A stretch of 64,000 nt of DNA from the NCBI GenBank assembly GCA_902792795.1, contig CADBBB010000006.1, positions 22,200 to 86,199 on the forward strand, written 5' to 3'. A program made the position numbers and the translations under genes. Below the pieces are notes generated by a model that saw nothing but the letters and a program-made list of their open reading frames with translations, was not told where the DNA came from and searched no databases. Positions 10,001 to 19,071 of this stretch are shown one piece after another; within the stretch, counting starts at the first letter, position 1; each line of letters opens with the position of its first letter. This DNA is from an uncultured Spirochaetaceae bacterium. Its GTDB lineage: Bacteria > Spirochaetota > Spirochaetia > Treponematales > Treponemataceae.

Positions 10001-10941
10001 AGTCCGGTTCCTTCGTCAATGCCCATCATAATGTTAAGGCACTGAACCGCGGCGCCGCTGGCTCCCTTTCCCAAATTGTCAAAGCGCGAGCACAAGCAAA
10101 TTCTGTCGTCGTTTCCATAAACAAAAATCTGCATGTTGTTGGTTCCGCTCAAACTGTTGGCTGGAATAAAGGCTTCGGGCAAAACGCCCTCGCCCATCAG
10201 CGGCGCCACTTTCACAAAACGGCTTCCTTCGTAGTGAGCCGCCAATTCGTCGCGGATTTGCGCCGCGCCCATTTTTTTGGCAAGCAAGCGCGCGTGCAAA
10301 GGCACTGTCACCGTCATTCCGCAAAAGTAATCGCAAACATAAGGATTAAAGACCGGCTCATAAGCAAGACCGCAAACCGCCTTCATCTCCGGCAAATGCT
10401 TGTGCGTTTGCGTGAGCGCGTATTGGCGCGGCGAGTCAAGCTCAGGATTGCGGCCCGGATCCTCGTATTGGGCTATGGCTTTTTTTCCGGCGCCGCTGTA
10501 ACCGCTCACGGCGTGGCAAACCAAGGGATAGTCGGGCGCGATGATTCCATGCTGGACAAGCGGGTAAACCAAGCTGATAAAGCCGCTCGCGTAGCAGCCC
10601 GGAACGGCGACGCGCTTGGAAGAAACGATTTTGGCGCGGTGTTCCGCCGACAATTCAGGAAAGCCGTAAGCCCAATCGGGATTGGTTCTGTGCGCTGTCG
10701 AAGCGTCGATAATGCGGGTGTTGGGATTCGAGCAAAGACTTACGGCCTCGATTGACGCGGCGTCGGGCAAGCACAAAAAGGTAAAGTCCGAGCTGTTTAT
10801 GCATTCGGCGCGGGCGGCTGGATCCTTGCGTTTGTCTTCGTCAATAAGAATAAGCTCGATGTCTTTGCGGCCGGCGAAGCGCTCGTATATTTTAAGGCCT
10901 GTCGTGCCTTCCTTTCCGTCAATAAAAATTTTGTACGCCAT
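9997..10941 (-). CDS. argC: N-acetyl-gamma-glutamyl-phosphate reductase (type 2 ArgC)
   Basis: IFIDGKEGTTGL, DASTAHR, PGCY, SGYSGAGK, DNLGKGASGAAVQ. Confidence 0.95.
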   Translation of the reverse strand: MAYKIFIDGKEGTTGLKIYERFAGRKDIELILIDEDKRKDPAARAECINSSDFTFLCLPDAASIEAVSLCSNPNTRIIDASTAHRTNPDWAYGFPELSAEHRAKIVSSKRVAVPGCYASGFISLVYPLVQHGIIAPDYPLVCHAVSGYSGAGKKAIAQYEDPGRNPELDSPRQYALTQTHKHLPEMKAVCGLAYEPVFNPYVCDYFCGMTVTVPLHARLLAKKMGAAQIRDELAAHYEGSRFVKVAPLMGEGVLPEAFIPANSLSGTNNMQIFVYGNDDRICLCSRFDNLGKGASGAAVQCLNIMMGIDEGTGL

Positions 10942-10965
10942 AATTTTTTCCTCGCTCGTATATTA

Positions 10966-11805
10966 TCAATTTAAAACAAATTGTTCAACAAAGTCCGCGA
11001 TTCCGTCTTGGTCGTTTGTCCGGCGGGTCACATAGGCGGCCGCCTTTTGTATTTCTTCCAAGCCGTTCGACATGCCGACGGAAAGCCCGCACTTTACAAT
11101 CATAGTCTCGTCGTTCATGCTGTCGCCAAAAGCCATCACTTTCTTCATGTCGATTGCAAGGCGGCCGCACAAAAATTCCAGGGCCTCTCCCTTTCCGCAG
11201 TTTACAGGAAGGATTTCCAAAAAGTACGGCTTGCTTATCAATGCGACGGCGCGGCCTTCAAAGCGCGCGGCCAGCTCATTTTGCAAGCCGACCAAAATTT
11301 TTGGGTCGCCGGGAATCATCATCTTTGCAAAACCGGCGGCCAAAAAATTTTCAAAGTCGGGAACGATTTCCGAAGGAACGCCGGTAAGCTTGGAATCCAT
11401 TCTTGTGTACTCGTTGTCAACGTTTGCGTAAACCATGGAGCTGCTGTAAACCTGGCACGGAAGGCCAACCTTGTCCGCCGCCTTCATCGCTTCTACCAAA
11501 ACATCTCCGCTTACCTTGGCCGAATATATTTCTTGGCGCAGGTGCAAGTCAACCACAACCGAACCGTTTGACGCCACCGCGTAACGGCCTTGCTCGGTTC
11601 CCGCCACATCCAGGCGGCGGACAAAGGGCAAAATCGCGCTCGGCGACCTGCCGGAACAAATGGCGATGTAAATTCCTTGGGCGGCGGCTTTTTTTATAAC
11701 TTCCACCGTTCTGTCGGAAATCAAAAGCTTGTCATTTAAAAGGCTGTCGTCCAAATCCAGCGCCATCAATTTTGGAGCGATTTTGCCGTCGGGAAGTTTT
11801 TGCAA
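10966..11805 (-). CDS. Cof-type HAD-IIB hydrolase
   Basis: ALDLDDSLL, CSGR, KGEAL, FGDSMND motifs. Confidence 0.9.
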   Translation of the reverse strand: MQKLPDGKIAPKLMALDLDDSLLNDKLLISDRTVEVIKKAAAQGIYIAICSGRSPSAILPFVRRLDVAGTEQGRYAVASNGSVVVDLHLRQEIYSAKVSGDVLVEAMKAADKVGLPCQVYSSSMVYANVDNEYTRMDSKLTGVPSEIVPDFENFLAAGFAKMMIPGDPKILVGLQNELAARFEGRAVALISKPYFLEILPVNCGKGEALEFLCGRLAIDMKKVMAFGDSMNDETMIVKCGLSVGMSNGLEEIQKAAAYVTRRTNDQDGIADFVEQFVLN

Positions 11806-11808
11806 TTC

Positions 11809-13290
11809 TTACCTCTTTTCGCGGCCGGTGTCGCGAATCACGCCGGGAATGTATTCCGGGTCTTTTGCGCGGACAATCGTTCCGGCCTGCAGCTCGTATT
11901 TTGTGTAAATGACGCAGTCGTGGCCGTCGCACGCCCAAGAAAGCTCTAGTCCTGTCTCCGATTCCACAAAAAACCACGAATCTTTTTCGCTTACAACAGC
12001 GGTGACGTCCGGGCTTACAAATTCAATCTCTTGTCCGGCCTTGACCATGTTCATCGGCTGGTATTGATAGGCCTTCCATCCGTCGCGGGCTTGAACAGCG
12101 GGCGGCGCCTTTTCGGGATGCTTTTTATAGTCGGCCAAGCGCGCCTCGCGGGCGGCAGGATGCATTGAGTCTAATTCAATTTGACGCAATTTAATTGTAT
12201 CATCGCCTTTTTGTAAAAGCGCGTGGACTTCGTCGTCAGACAAGCGCCGGCCGATTGTTGCCGCCAAATCGTAGGGGCTGTCGCTCGCGCCGCAGGTCGT
12301 CTCGTTGGCGTCGGCCGCGTTGTAGTAAAAGCCGGTTGTCGATTCGCGATGGGCCACGTTCTCCAATTCCGCCACAAAGGGAGCGGCTTCTTCTTGGCTG
12401 ATTTTTCCTTCAAGCGCGTCCAAGGCCTTGCGGTAGGCGCGGGTGACCAAGGCCACGTAATAAAGGCTTTTCATTCGGCCTTCGATTTTTAGGGAATCGA
12501 CGCCGGCGGCCTTAAGGTCGGCCAAATGCTCTATCATTCGCAAGTCTTTGCTTGAAAGAATCGCGGTATAGTCCTCGCCTTCAAAAATAGGAAGGTATTC
12601 TCCGGGGCGGCTGGCTTCTTCCAAGACAAGGCCGCCGCTTTGGGCGATCCTTTTTGCGTCGGCTTCCGACAAGCCGGCGTTTGTGTTCACGTTAAAATTC
12701 CACCTGCAGGCGTGGGAACAGAGGCCGCCCTGCGCGCTGCGGTTGGTCAAATAGGCGCTCATAAGGCAGCGGCCGGCGTAGGCTATGCACATCGCTCCGT
12801 GGACAAAAACTTCCAGCTCCATGTCGGGAACAGCGTCTTTGATTTGGCGTATTTCCGTCAAGCCAGCCTCGCGACCAAGAACCACGCGGCTAAAGCCCAT
12901 CGACTTGTACATTTTGACGGCCTCGCGGTTTACGCAAGAAGCCTGGGTGCTAAGGTGCAGCGCCGCGTTTGGAAAATGCTTTTGCAGTATCGGAACTATT
13001 CCCAAATCCTGGACGATAAAGGCGTCGATCGGGTATTGCTTAAAATAGTCCACGCTGGCCAAAAGATTGTCTATGTCCTTGTTGTGGAAGATTATGTTAA
13101 GGGCGCAGTGAAGCTTTTTTTGCGGGAACTGTTTTTTCAGCGCGTTGACCCTTTCTATATCGTCCTCATAAAAATTGTCAGCCTTGGCCCGCAGAGAAAA
13201 CTTTTTTAGGCCGATGTATGCGGCGTCGGCTCCGTAAGCGTAGGCGTAATAAAGTTTTTGCGCGTTTCCCGCCGGGCTCAGCAGTTCCAT
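11809..13290 (-). CDS. Peptidase U32 family protein (TrhP-like RNA hydroxylation protein)
   Basis: MELLSPAG, HLSTQA, EVFVHGAMCIAYAGRC...C...CR, KIEGRMKS. Confidence 0.9.
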   Translation of the reverse strand: MELLSPAGNAQKLYYAYAYGADAAYIGLKKFSLRAKADNFYEDDIERVNALKKQFPQKKLHCALNIIFHNKDIDNLLASVDYFKQYPIDAFIVQDLGIVPILQKHFPNAALHLSTQASCVNREAVKMYKSMGFSRVVLGREAGLTEIRQIKDAVPDMELEVFVHGAMCIAYAGRCLMSAYLTNRSAQGGLCSHACRWNFNVNTNAGLSEADAKRIAQSGGLVLEEASRPGEYLPIFEGEDYTAILSSKDLRMIEHLADLKAAGVDSLKIEGRMKSLYYVALVTRAYRKALDALEGKISQEEAAPFVAELENVAHRESTTGFYYNAADANETTCGASDSPYDLAATIGRRLSDDEVHALLQKGDDTIKLRQIELDSMHPAAREARLADYKKHPEKAPPAVQARDGWKAYQYQPMNMVKAGQEIEFVSPDVTAVVSEKDSWFFVESETGLELSWACDGHDCVIYTKYELQAGTIVRAKDPEYIPGVIRDTGREKR

Positions 13291-13296
13291 AAATCG

Positions 13297-14298
13297 TTAG
13301 GCCTCTACGGTCACGCCGCTTTCCAAAGCGGGCGAACGGGTCAAAGTTTGCTCGTCGGCGGCTTCCCGTTGGAAGGTGACAAGCTTTCCCACGCGCTCCA
13401 CGGCCAAATGGGAATCGGCCAAATATTCGTCGGCCATTTGGAACATGAACATCATGTTTGGCCAAATGTCAAGCTCGCAAACGTTTCCGGCCTTTTTTAA
13501 TATTTGCTGGAAGGTTTTGGCGTCTTCCAAAAGAATTTCTTTTTCGCCCATTTGAATGAAGACCGGCGGAAAATTTTCCAGCGCCTCTTCCCCGATATAC
13601 ATCGGAGAAACCATCGGGTTTTCCAAATTGCCGGAATATGTGTAAATGTCTCCGCTGCGGCGCAAAACCTCGGAAGACATGATTTCGTCGCGCGCCTTTT
13701 TGTTTTTTATCAAGGCGGAATTTGGCGAAAGGCTCAGCCAAGGCGAAAAGAAAATCACTTGCTTTATACAGGAACGATAGCGCTCGCGCAAAGACAAAAT
13801 CAAGGCCATAGCCTGGCTGGCCCCCGATCCGTCGGCGGCTATGATTATTTCCGGCGACAATTGCTTTCCTTCAACAGAGTCCAAAGAACAAGCCACTTGC
13901 TCCTCTGTAAACACATTCCTAAAAACCGCCTGCAAGTCCTCCACGGCCGCAGGAAAAGCGTAAGCCGGAGCGAGCCTGTATTCCGGCACGACAATCCTGC
14001 AAGACGTGGCCGCGGCCAAACTGGCGCAAAATTCCCGCCAAGCGCGCCTTGAGCCGCCCACAAAACTTCCTCCGTGGACATAAATCATGATTCTGTGCAA
14101 GGAATACATTTCGGGAATCAGCACGTCACATTGAATGTTGGCGTAATTCTGTTCCGAGCGCTCAACATGGTTGGGCAATATGGAACAAGAAAATCGTTGG
14201 TCTATGTTTTTTCTAAAATCTTCAACCTGTTGCTTGGCTGAATAAGCGAGAACCCGCAGTTTTTTCACGGCGGATTTTCTGTCGTCGGACTTGTTCAT
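13297..14298 (-). CDS. Alpha/beta hydrolase_3 (HSL-like) fold protein with a degenerate catalytic site
   Basis: YVHGGSF, EYRLAP, SPW; GGAG RBS before ATG 14298; nucleophile elbow reads ADGSG. Confidence 0.85.
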   Translation of the reverse strand: MNKSDDRKSAVKKLRVLAYSAKQQVEDFRKNIDQRFSCSILPNHVERSEQNYANIQCDVLIPEMYSLHRIMIYVHGGSFVGGSRRAWREFCASLAAATSCRIVVPEYRLAPAYAFPAAVEDLQAVFRNVFTEEQVACSLDSVEGKQLSPEIIIAADGSGASQAMALILSLRERYRSCIKQVIFFSPWLSLSPNSALIKNKKARDEIMSSEVLRRSGDIYTYSGNLENPMVSPMYIGEEALENFPPVFIQMGEKEILLEDAKTFQQILKKAGNVCELDIWPNMMFMFQMADEYLADSHLAVERVGKLVTFQREAADEQTLTRSPALESGVTVEA

Positions 14299-14388
14299 AA
14301 TTTCTCCATTGTAGCGCATTTTATGAGCTTTTGCAAACGCTTGACAACACCAAGACTTTTTTTATATCCTTTTTACAGGAGGAACAAA

Positions 14389-15144
14389 ATGAAAAAACAT
14401 TTATTGTTAAGCGTCGCGCTTTCATTGGCGTTGACCGCGCCGTTGTTTTGCAAAAGCGTTCAAGAGCCGGAAACCGCTCCAGAACTTGAAGGTTCGGAAA
14501 AAACAGTCATCATTGACGCTTCAAGCGTGATGAAACGATTTGACGACAACGTCAGGCTTATAAGCGGAATTGACGGAAACCACTCTTTTTTGATTCGTTA
14601 CTATAACGCCAAAAAAGCGGAATGGCGTCTTTTGGGAACCGCAAAGCTTTTAAGATTTGCGGACACATGCTTTGTCGATTCAGATTCCAGCATAGGAAAA
14701 AGGCGCTGGATCGCCATCACTTCCGACATAGCTTCGGAATGTAAATTTGAAGTGGGCGCGTCTCACAACGACCTTTACATTTATGTATATCCAAAAGAAG
14801 ACGGCGTAAGCCAAGAAACAAAAAACAACGCCGTCGTTCTTGACGCAAGCCAAGTTTCCGGAAGCTTTTCGGACAATGTTATACTTCGCAACAAAACACT
14901 AAATTCGTCGGAATCATTCACCGTCTACGCTTTTTCCGACCAGAACGGATATTGGTCAAAAGTGGGATACGCCGACTTTACTCTCATTTACAACAAAGAA
15001 GACGGCGAAGTGAACATCGACGCGCCCTTTGAAAGAGTCGCCAATTTTAGATATTTTGCCGTCGTGGCAAAAAGCGGAAAAGCTTATTCATACACAGCCA
15101 AAAAAGGCAGCAACGACTTTATAATAACTGCAAGCGAAAAATAA
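14389..15144 (+). CDS. Secreted protein with two tandem copies of an unknown ~105-aa beta domain
   Basis: AGGAGG RBS, signal peptide; internal repeat VIIDASSV..FDDNV..W..GTA..NDLYI / VVLDASQV..FSDNV..W..GYA..NDFII. Confidence 0.7.
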   Translation: MKKHLLLSVALSLALTAPLFCKSVQEPETAPELEGSEKTVIIDASSVMKRFDDNVRLISGIDGNHSFLIRYYNAKKAEWRLLGTAKLLRFADTCFVDSDSSIGKRRWIAITSDIASECKFEVGASHNDLYIYVYPKEDGVSQETKNNAVVLDASQVSGSFSDNVILRNKTLNSSESFTVYAFSDQNGYWSKVGYADFTLIYNKEDGEVNIDAPFERVANFRYFAVVAKSGKAYSYTAKKGSNDFIITASEK

Positions 15145-15173
15145 GCGCCGTCCTGCGACAATATGTATTTTTG

Positions 15174-15201
15174 AACCCGCCTTTTTTGGCGGGTTTTTTT
15201 T
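15174..15201 (+). terminator. Intrinsic terminator
   Basis: AACCCGCC-T6-GGCGGGTT followed by a T-run. Confidence 0.85.
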
Positions 15202-15331
15202 GTCCATAAAAGCAAAGCAAAGAATAGGCGGCGGGCTAACTACCATTCGTTTTGCATTTCATTTACGACCGTTTGTTAGTTTTACATATGCTTTTATAAA
15301 AAAATAACCGCCTTAAACGCCCGCCTCTTAT

Positions 15332-15706
15332 TGTTTCACGTGAAACAAAATTGTCCTGCCGCTGTCCTTAGATTTGGGCAAAACCATTTCGTCGCTTTCC
15401 ACCGATTGTGGAAAACTTGTTGATTTTGTGGAAAAGTAAAAACGTCTATTTTACCCATTGTTTCACGTGAAACATAAAACACTGATTTGGACCAAACCAT
15501 ACACCGCTAGAAAAAGTTTCACGTGAAACAAACCACATGCGAAAAAAATTGAAAATGCCTGTACAAATCACTTTTCCACAAATTGTGGAAAACTTGTTAA
15601 AAGTGTGGAAAAATTAGACAGACCTCATTAGTCTTTTAGGAACGAAAAAAAGGCGACCTTCTCATATCAAAAAGCCGCCCCATTAAATGTTGTTTCACGT
15701 GAAACA
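15332..15706. promoter_or_regulatory. parS: Cluster of four parS centromere sites
   Basis: TGTTTCACGTGAAACA at 15332-15347, 15459-15474 and 15691-15706, and AGTTTCACGTGAAACA at 15515-15530; matches the canonical chromosomal parS consensus. Confidence 0.92.
15395..15612. promoter_or_regulatory. Extra-origin DnaA-box cluster (two modules)
   Basis: TGTGGAAAA at 15407, 15427, 15584 and 15604, and TTTTCCACA at 15572; same 9-mer as in the dnaA-dnaN intergenic region. Confidence 0.75.
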
Positions 15707-15776
15707 AAAAACCGAGGAGCAAGTCCTCGGTCGCCTGATGTGTATTTGTTTGCGCAGACGAATCTGCATCCCCTCG
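15706..15776 (-). ncRNA. Candidate ~70-nt small RNA
   Basis: Minus-strand ATGACA-17bp-TATACT promoter (15811-15783), GCAGA-TTCG-TCTGC hairpin, terminator ACCGAGGA-5nt-TCCTCGGT plus U-tract. Confidence 0.45.
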
Positions 15777-15929
15777 AAAAAAAGTATATAACAAAAAACT
15801 TATTTTGTCATTAAAAATTTACAAAAATTTTGTTATATTTTTGCAAATTTTTTATCCTTTCCTTGTCATATGTAACTCTTTATATTACAAAGAAATAGAG
15901 ACTATCTCTTTGTAATATAGGGATTTAAA

Positions 15930-18449
15930 TCACTTTTCGCCGTCATCCTGCGGAATCTTGTCCACGCCGACCAAGAAGTCCGGATCCGAAATCTTTACGA
16001 CCTTAACTCCGGTCGAGCCGGTTCCCTGCTGGTTGATCGTGCTGGCGCTTACGCGCAAGGTCTTTCCTTGGCTGGTCATGCAAACAACCTCGTCGCTGTC
16101 TTTGACAGAAAGCAAGCCGATGATTTCTCCGCGCTCGCCTGTGTTGCCAAAAATCTTTTGTCCGCCGGTGCCTCGTCCGTGAGGCTTAAAGTCTTCAAAG
16201 GCGACGCGCTTTCCGTAGCCCTTTTCGGTCAAAAGCAAAATGCTTTCGCCTTCGGTATAGGTGATGGCGCCGCTTACTTCGTCGCCTTCGCTAAGCTTCA
16301 TGCCCTTAATGCCGCAGCTGGCTCGGCCCATTTCGCGAACGTCGGCTTCGCTAAAGCGCAAGGCCTTTCCGTTGCGTGAAATCAAGAAGATGTCGGACTT
16401 TCCTTGGGTCGGAATCGCGCTTACAAGCTTGTCGCCTTCCTTGAGCTTTAGGCCGATGATGCCTTTTACGCGGGCGTTGGCGAACTCGCTTGTTTGGACT
16501 TTTTTTACAACGCCGCTGGCAGTAGTCATGAACAAGAAGTTTTCCTCTGAGAATTCATGGAGCGGAACGACCGTCGTGATTTCCTCGTCGGCGCCAATCG
16601 CGATGAGGCTTTTTATGTGGGTTCCGCGACTGTTCTTTGAAAGCTCAGGAATTTCGTGGGCCTTGATCCAATAGGCGCGTCCCAAGTTGGAAACGAACAA
16701 TATGTAGTCATGCGTGCTTCCGATGAACAAGTGGTTCACATAATCGTCTTCGACGAGCGTGGCGCTGTTGCTTCCAGTTCCACCCCTGCCCTGCTTTTTG
16801 TAGCTTGTGACGGACACACGCTTGACGTAACCGAGCTTTGAAATCATCACGACAACGTCTTCTTCCTTTATCAAGTCTTCGACATTGATTTGGTCAACCT
16901 CGTCGGAAACAATCTCGGTGCGGCGGTCGTCGCCGTATTTTTCGGCCAGCTTGTTGGTCTCGTCTTTTATCAAGGCAAGAATCTTTTCGTGGTGGGCAAG
17001 CAAATCTTCCAAGTGGTCGATGAGGGCCTGCAACTCTTTGATTTCCTTTTGCAAGTCTTCGATTTGAAGATGGGTAAGTCGCTTGAGCTGCATGTCGACG
17101 ATGGCCTGGGCCTGTTCGTCGTCAAAATTAAAGCGCTTTTCAAGGGCAAGCTTTGCGGCTTCCGTGTCGCGGCTTTCCTTGATGATTTTGATCACTTCGT
17201 CAATGTTGTTGATTGCCGTAATCAGCGCCTGCAAAATGTGCATTCTGTGCTTGGCGACTTTTAGGTCGTAAATCGTGCGGCGGGTGATGACCTCGTCGCG
17301 GTGGCTTACAAAATGCTCGATGAGCTGCTTGAGGGTCAAAACTTCCGGCTTAAGGTAAGTCTTGGGAAGGGCGAGCATACCCGGCTCTTCATAGCGGTTT
17401 CCGCCGTTCTCCAAGGTCTTGGGAACGAGAGCCAAGTTGATTACGCCAAAGTTTGACTGCAAATCGGTCTTAGAAAAGAGCTGGTTCAAAACCAGTTTTG
17501 TGACGGCGCCGCGCTTTAGCTCAACAACCAAGCGCATGCCTGATCGGTCTGAAGACTCGTCGTTGGCGCCCGAAATTCCTTCTATCTGCTTGTCGCGGAC
17601 AAGTTCCTTTATGCGGCGGATGATGTTTGTCGTGTTTACGCCGTAAGGAACTTCTGTAAAGACAATCGACTCGCGGCCGTGCTTGTCCGTCTCAATCATA
17701 AACTTTGAGCGAATCGTGACTTTGCCGCGGCCTGTCTTGTAGGCGCGCTTGATTCCGTCGCGGCCGTAAATTATGCCGCCGGTCGGAAAGTCAGGTCCCT
17801 TTATGTATTTGCAAAGCTCGTCGATAGAAATTTCCGGGTTGTCGATGTAGGCTCCGATGGCCGCCGCCACTTCCCTCAAATTGTGGGAAGGCATGTTGGT
17901 AGCCATTCCGACCGCGATTCCTGTCGTGCCGTTGCACAAAAGGAAGGGGAAGGAGGCCGGAAGAACGGCAGGTTCGACGGTCGTGTCGTCAAAGTTGGGA
18001 ACCATGTCGACGGTATTTTTGCTGATGTCGGCCACCATTTCTTCGGTGACTTTAGTCATCTTGGCTTCGGTGTAACGGTAGGCGGCGGGCGGGTCTCCGG
18101 CAATCGATCCGAAGTTTCCTTGCGGAGTCACAGTCGTGTAGCGTTGGGCAAATTCCTGTCCCAAACGGACGAGCGCGTCGTAAACCGACATGTCTCCGTG
18201 CGGGTGGTAGTGGCCCAAAACTTCGCCGACGATTGTGGCGCATTTTTTTGTCTTTCCGCCTGAGGCAAGGTTCAGCTTGTCCATCGCGTACATAATTCTG
18301 CGGTGAACAGGCTTCAAGCCGTCGCGAACGTCAGGCAAGGCGCGCTGAACGATTACCGACATCGAATAATCGATGTAGGCTTTTTTTACTTCGTCCTCAA
18401 TCGGAATTTGTATTACAGTTCCGCCTTCCGGCGTTTTGATTTCGTCCAT
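15930..18449 (-). CDS. gyrA: DNA gyrase subunit A
   Basis: RALPDVRDGLKPVHRR, YHPHGD, PAAYRYTEA, GyrA-box QGRGGTG, C-terminal pinwheel repeats. Confidence 0.98.
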   Translation of the reverse strand: MDEIKTPEGGTVIQIPIEDEVKKAYIDYSMSVIVQRALPDVRDGLKPVHRRIMYAMDKLNLASGGKTKKCATIVGEVLGHYHPHGDMSVYDALVRLGQEFAQRYTTVTPQGNFGSIAGDPPAAYRYTEAKMTKVTEEMVADISKNTVDMVPNFDDTTVEPAVLPASFPFLLCNGTTGIAVGMATNMPSHNLREVAAAIGAYIDNPEISIDELCKYIKGPDFPTGGIIYGRDGIKRAYKTGRGKVTIRSKFMIETDKHGRESIVFTEVPYGVNTTNIIRRIKELVRDKQIEGISGANDESSDRSGMRLVVELKRGAVTKLVLNQLFSKTDLQSNFGVINLALVPKTLENGGNRYEEPGMLALPKTYLKPEVLTLKQLIEHFVSHRDEVITRRTIYDLKVAKHRMHILQALITAINNIDEVIKIIKESRDTEAAKLALEKRFNFDDEQAQAIVDMQLKRLTHLQIEDLQKEIKELQALIDHLEDLLAHHEKILALIKDETNKLAEKYGDDRRTEIVSDEVDQINVEDLIKEEDVVVMISKLGYVKRVSVTSYKKQGRGGTGSNSATLVEDDYVNHLFIGSTHDYILFVSNLGRAYWIKAHEIPELSKNSRGTHIKSLIAIGADEEITTVVPLHEFSEENFLFMTTASGVVKKVQTSEFANARVKGIIGLKLKEGDKLVSAIPTQGKSDIFLISRNGKALRFSEADVREMGRASCGIKGMKLSEGDEVSGAITYTEGESILLLTEKGYGKRVAFEDFKPHGRGTGGQKIFGNTGERGEIIGLLSVKDSDEVVCMTSQGKTLRVSASTINQQGTGSTGVKVVKISDPDFLVGVDKIPQDDGEK

Positions 18450-18477
18450 AGTATGTTCAACTCCTATTTTCTATAAA

Positions 18478-19065
18478 CTACTCGTCTTTTCTTTTTATTC
18501 GTTTGACAGTATGCTTAATCTTTCCAATTATAAAATTCAATTCAAGAGAAGATTCTGTTTCAGCTGTTTCCAAATCTGGCATCACAATTTCAGAAAGCGC
18601 GTTTCCAAAATGTTCCATCTTTAATCGCCGTTTTGTGGAATCGTTTTCTTTATGCAAATCAAGAAGCTCGCGCTTTAATCCTCTGACAGTGGAAAAAGTT
18701 TCAATGATGGCAAATGTGGCGTTTACCGCTGTCTTGCTCTTTAAAATTGTCGCGAGCATATAAAGACCCTTTTCCGTAAAAGCGTGCGGCAATGATCTTG
18801 ATTTTGAAGAAAGATTTGCGGTCGAAAATTTCGACCGCAAAATTTCCAGCTCTTTTGAAGTCAAAACAATCATATAATCGGCAGGAAATTTGTCAGGATT
18901 GTTTTTGACCGCTTCGTTTATTCTGCGAGTTTCAACTCCATATAATTCAGCAACATCCGCGTCAAGAATTACATTCTCGTTACGAATGGAAAAAATTCTC
19001 TTTTGAACATTCTTTATTAAAAGAGCGAGACTTTTTTTCTTTGCCGCGAGTTGATTTTTTTTCAT
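18478..19065 (-). CDS. ORF6N domain DNA-binding protein inserted between gyrB and gyrA
   Basis: IRNENVILDADVAELYGVETRRINEAVKNNPDKFP...PHAFTEKGLYMLATILKS. Confidence 0.9.
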   Translation of the reverse strand: MKKNQLAAKKKSLALLIKNVQKRIFSIRNENVILDADVAELYGVETRRINEAVKNNPDKFPADYMIVLTSKELEILRSKFSTANLSSKSRSLPHAFTEKGLYMLATILKSKTAVNATFAIIETFSTVRGLKRELLDLHKENDSTKRRLKMEHFGNALSEIVMPDLETAETESSLELNFIIGKIKHTVKRIKRKDE

Positions 19066-19071
19066 ATTTCC

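Noticed and set aside
15145-15929. Possible CRISPR array or second replication origin
   Set aside because: The repeats are canonical 16-bp parS palindromes at irregular spacing, with no cas genes. The DnaA boxes lack an adjacent trio or unwinding module, which is present at dnaA-dnaN.
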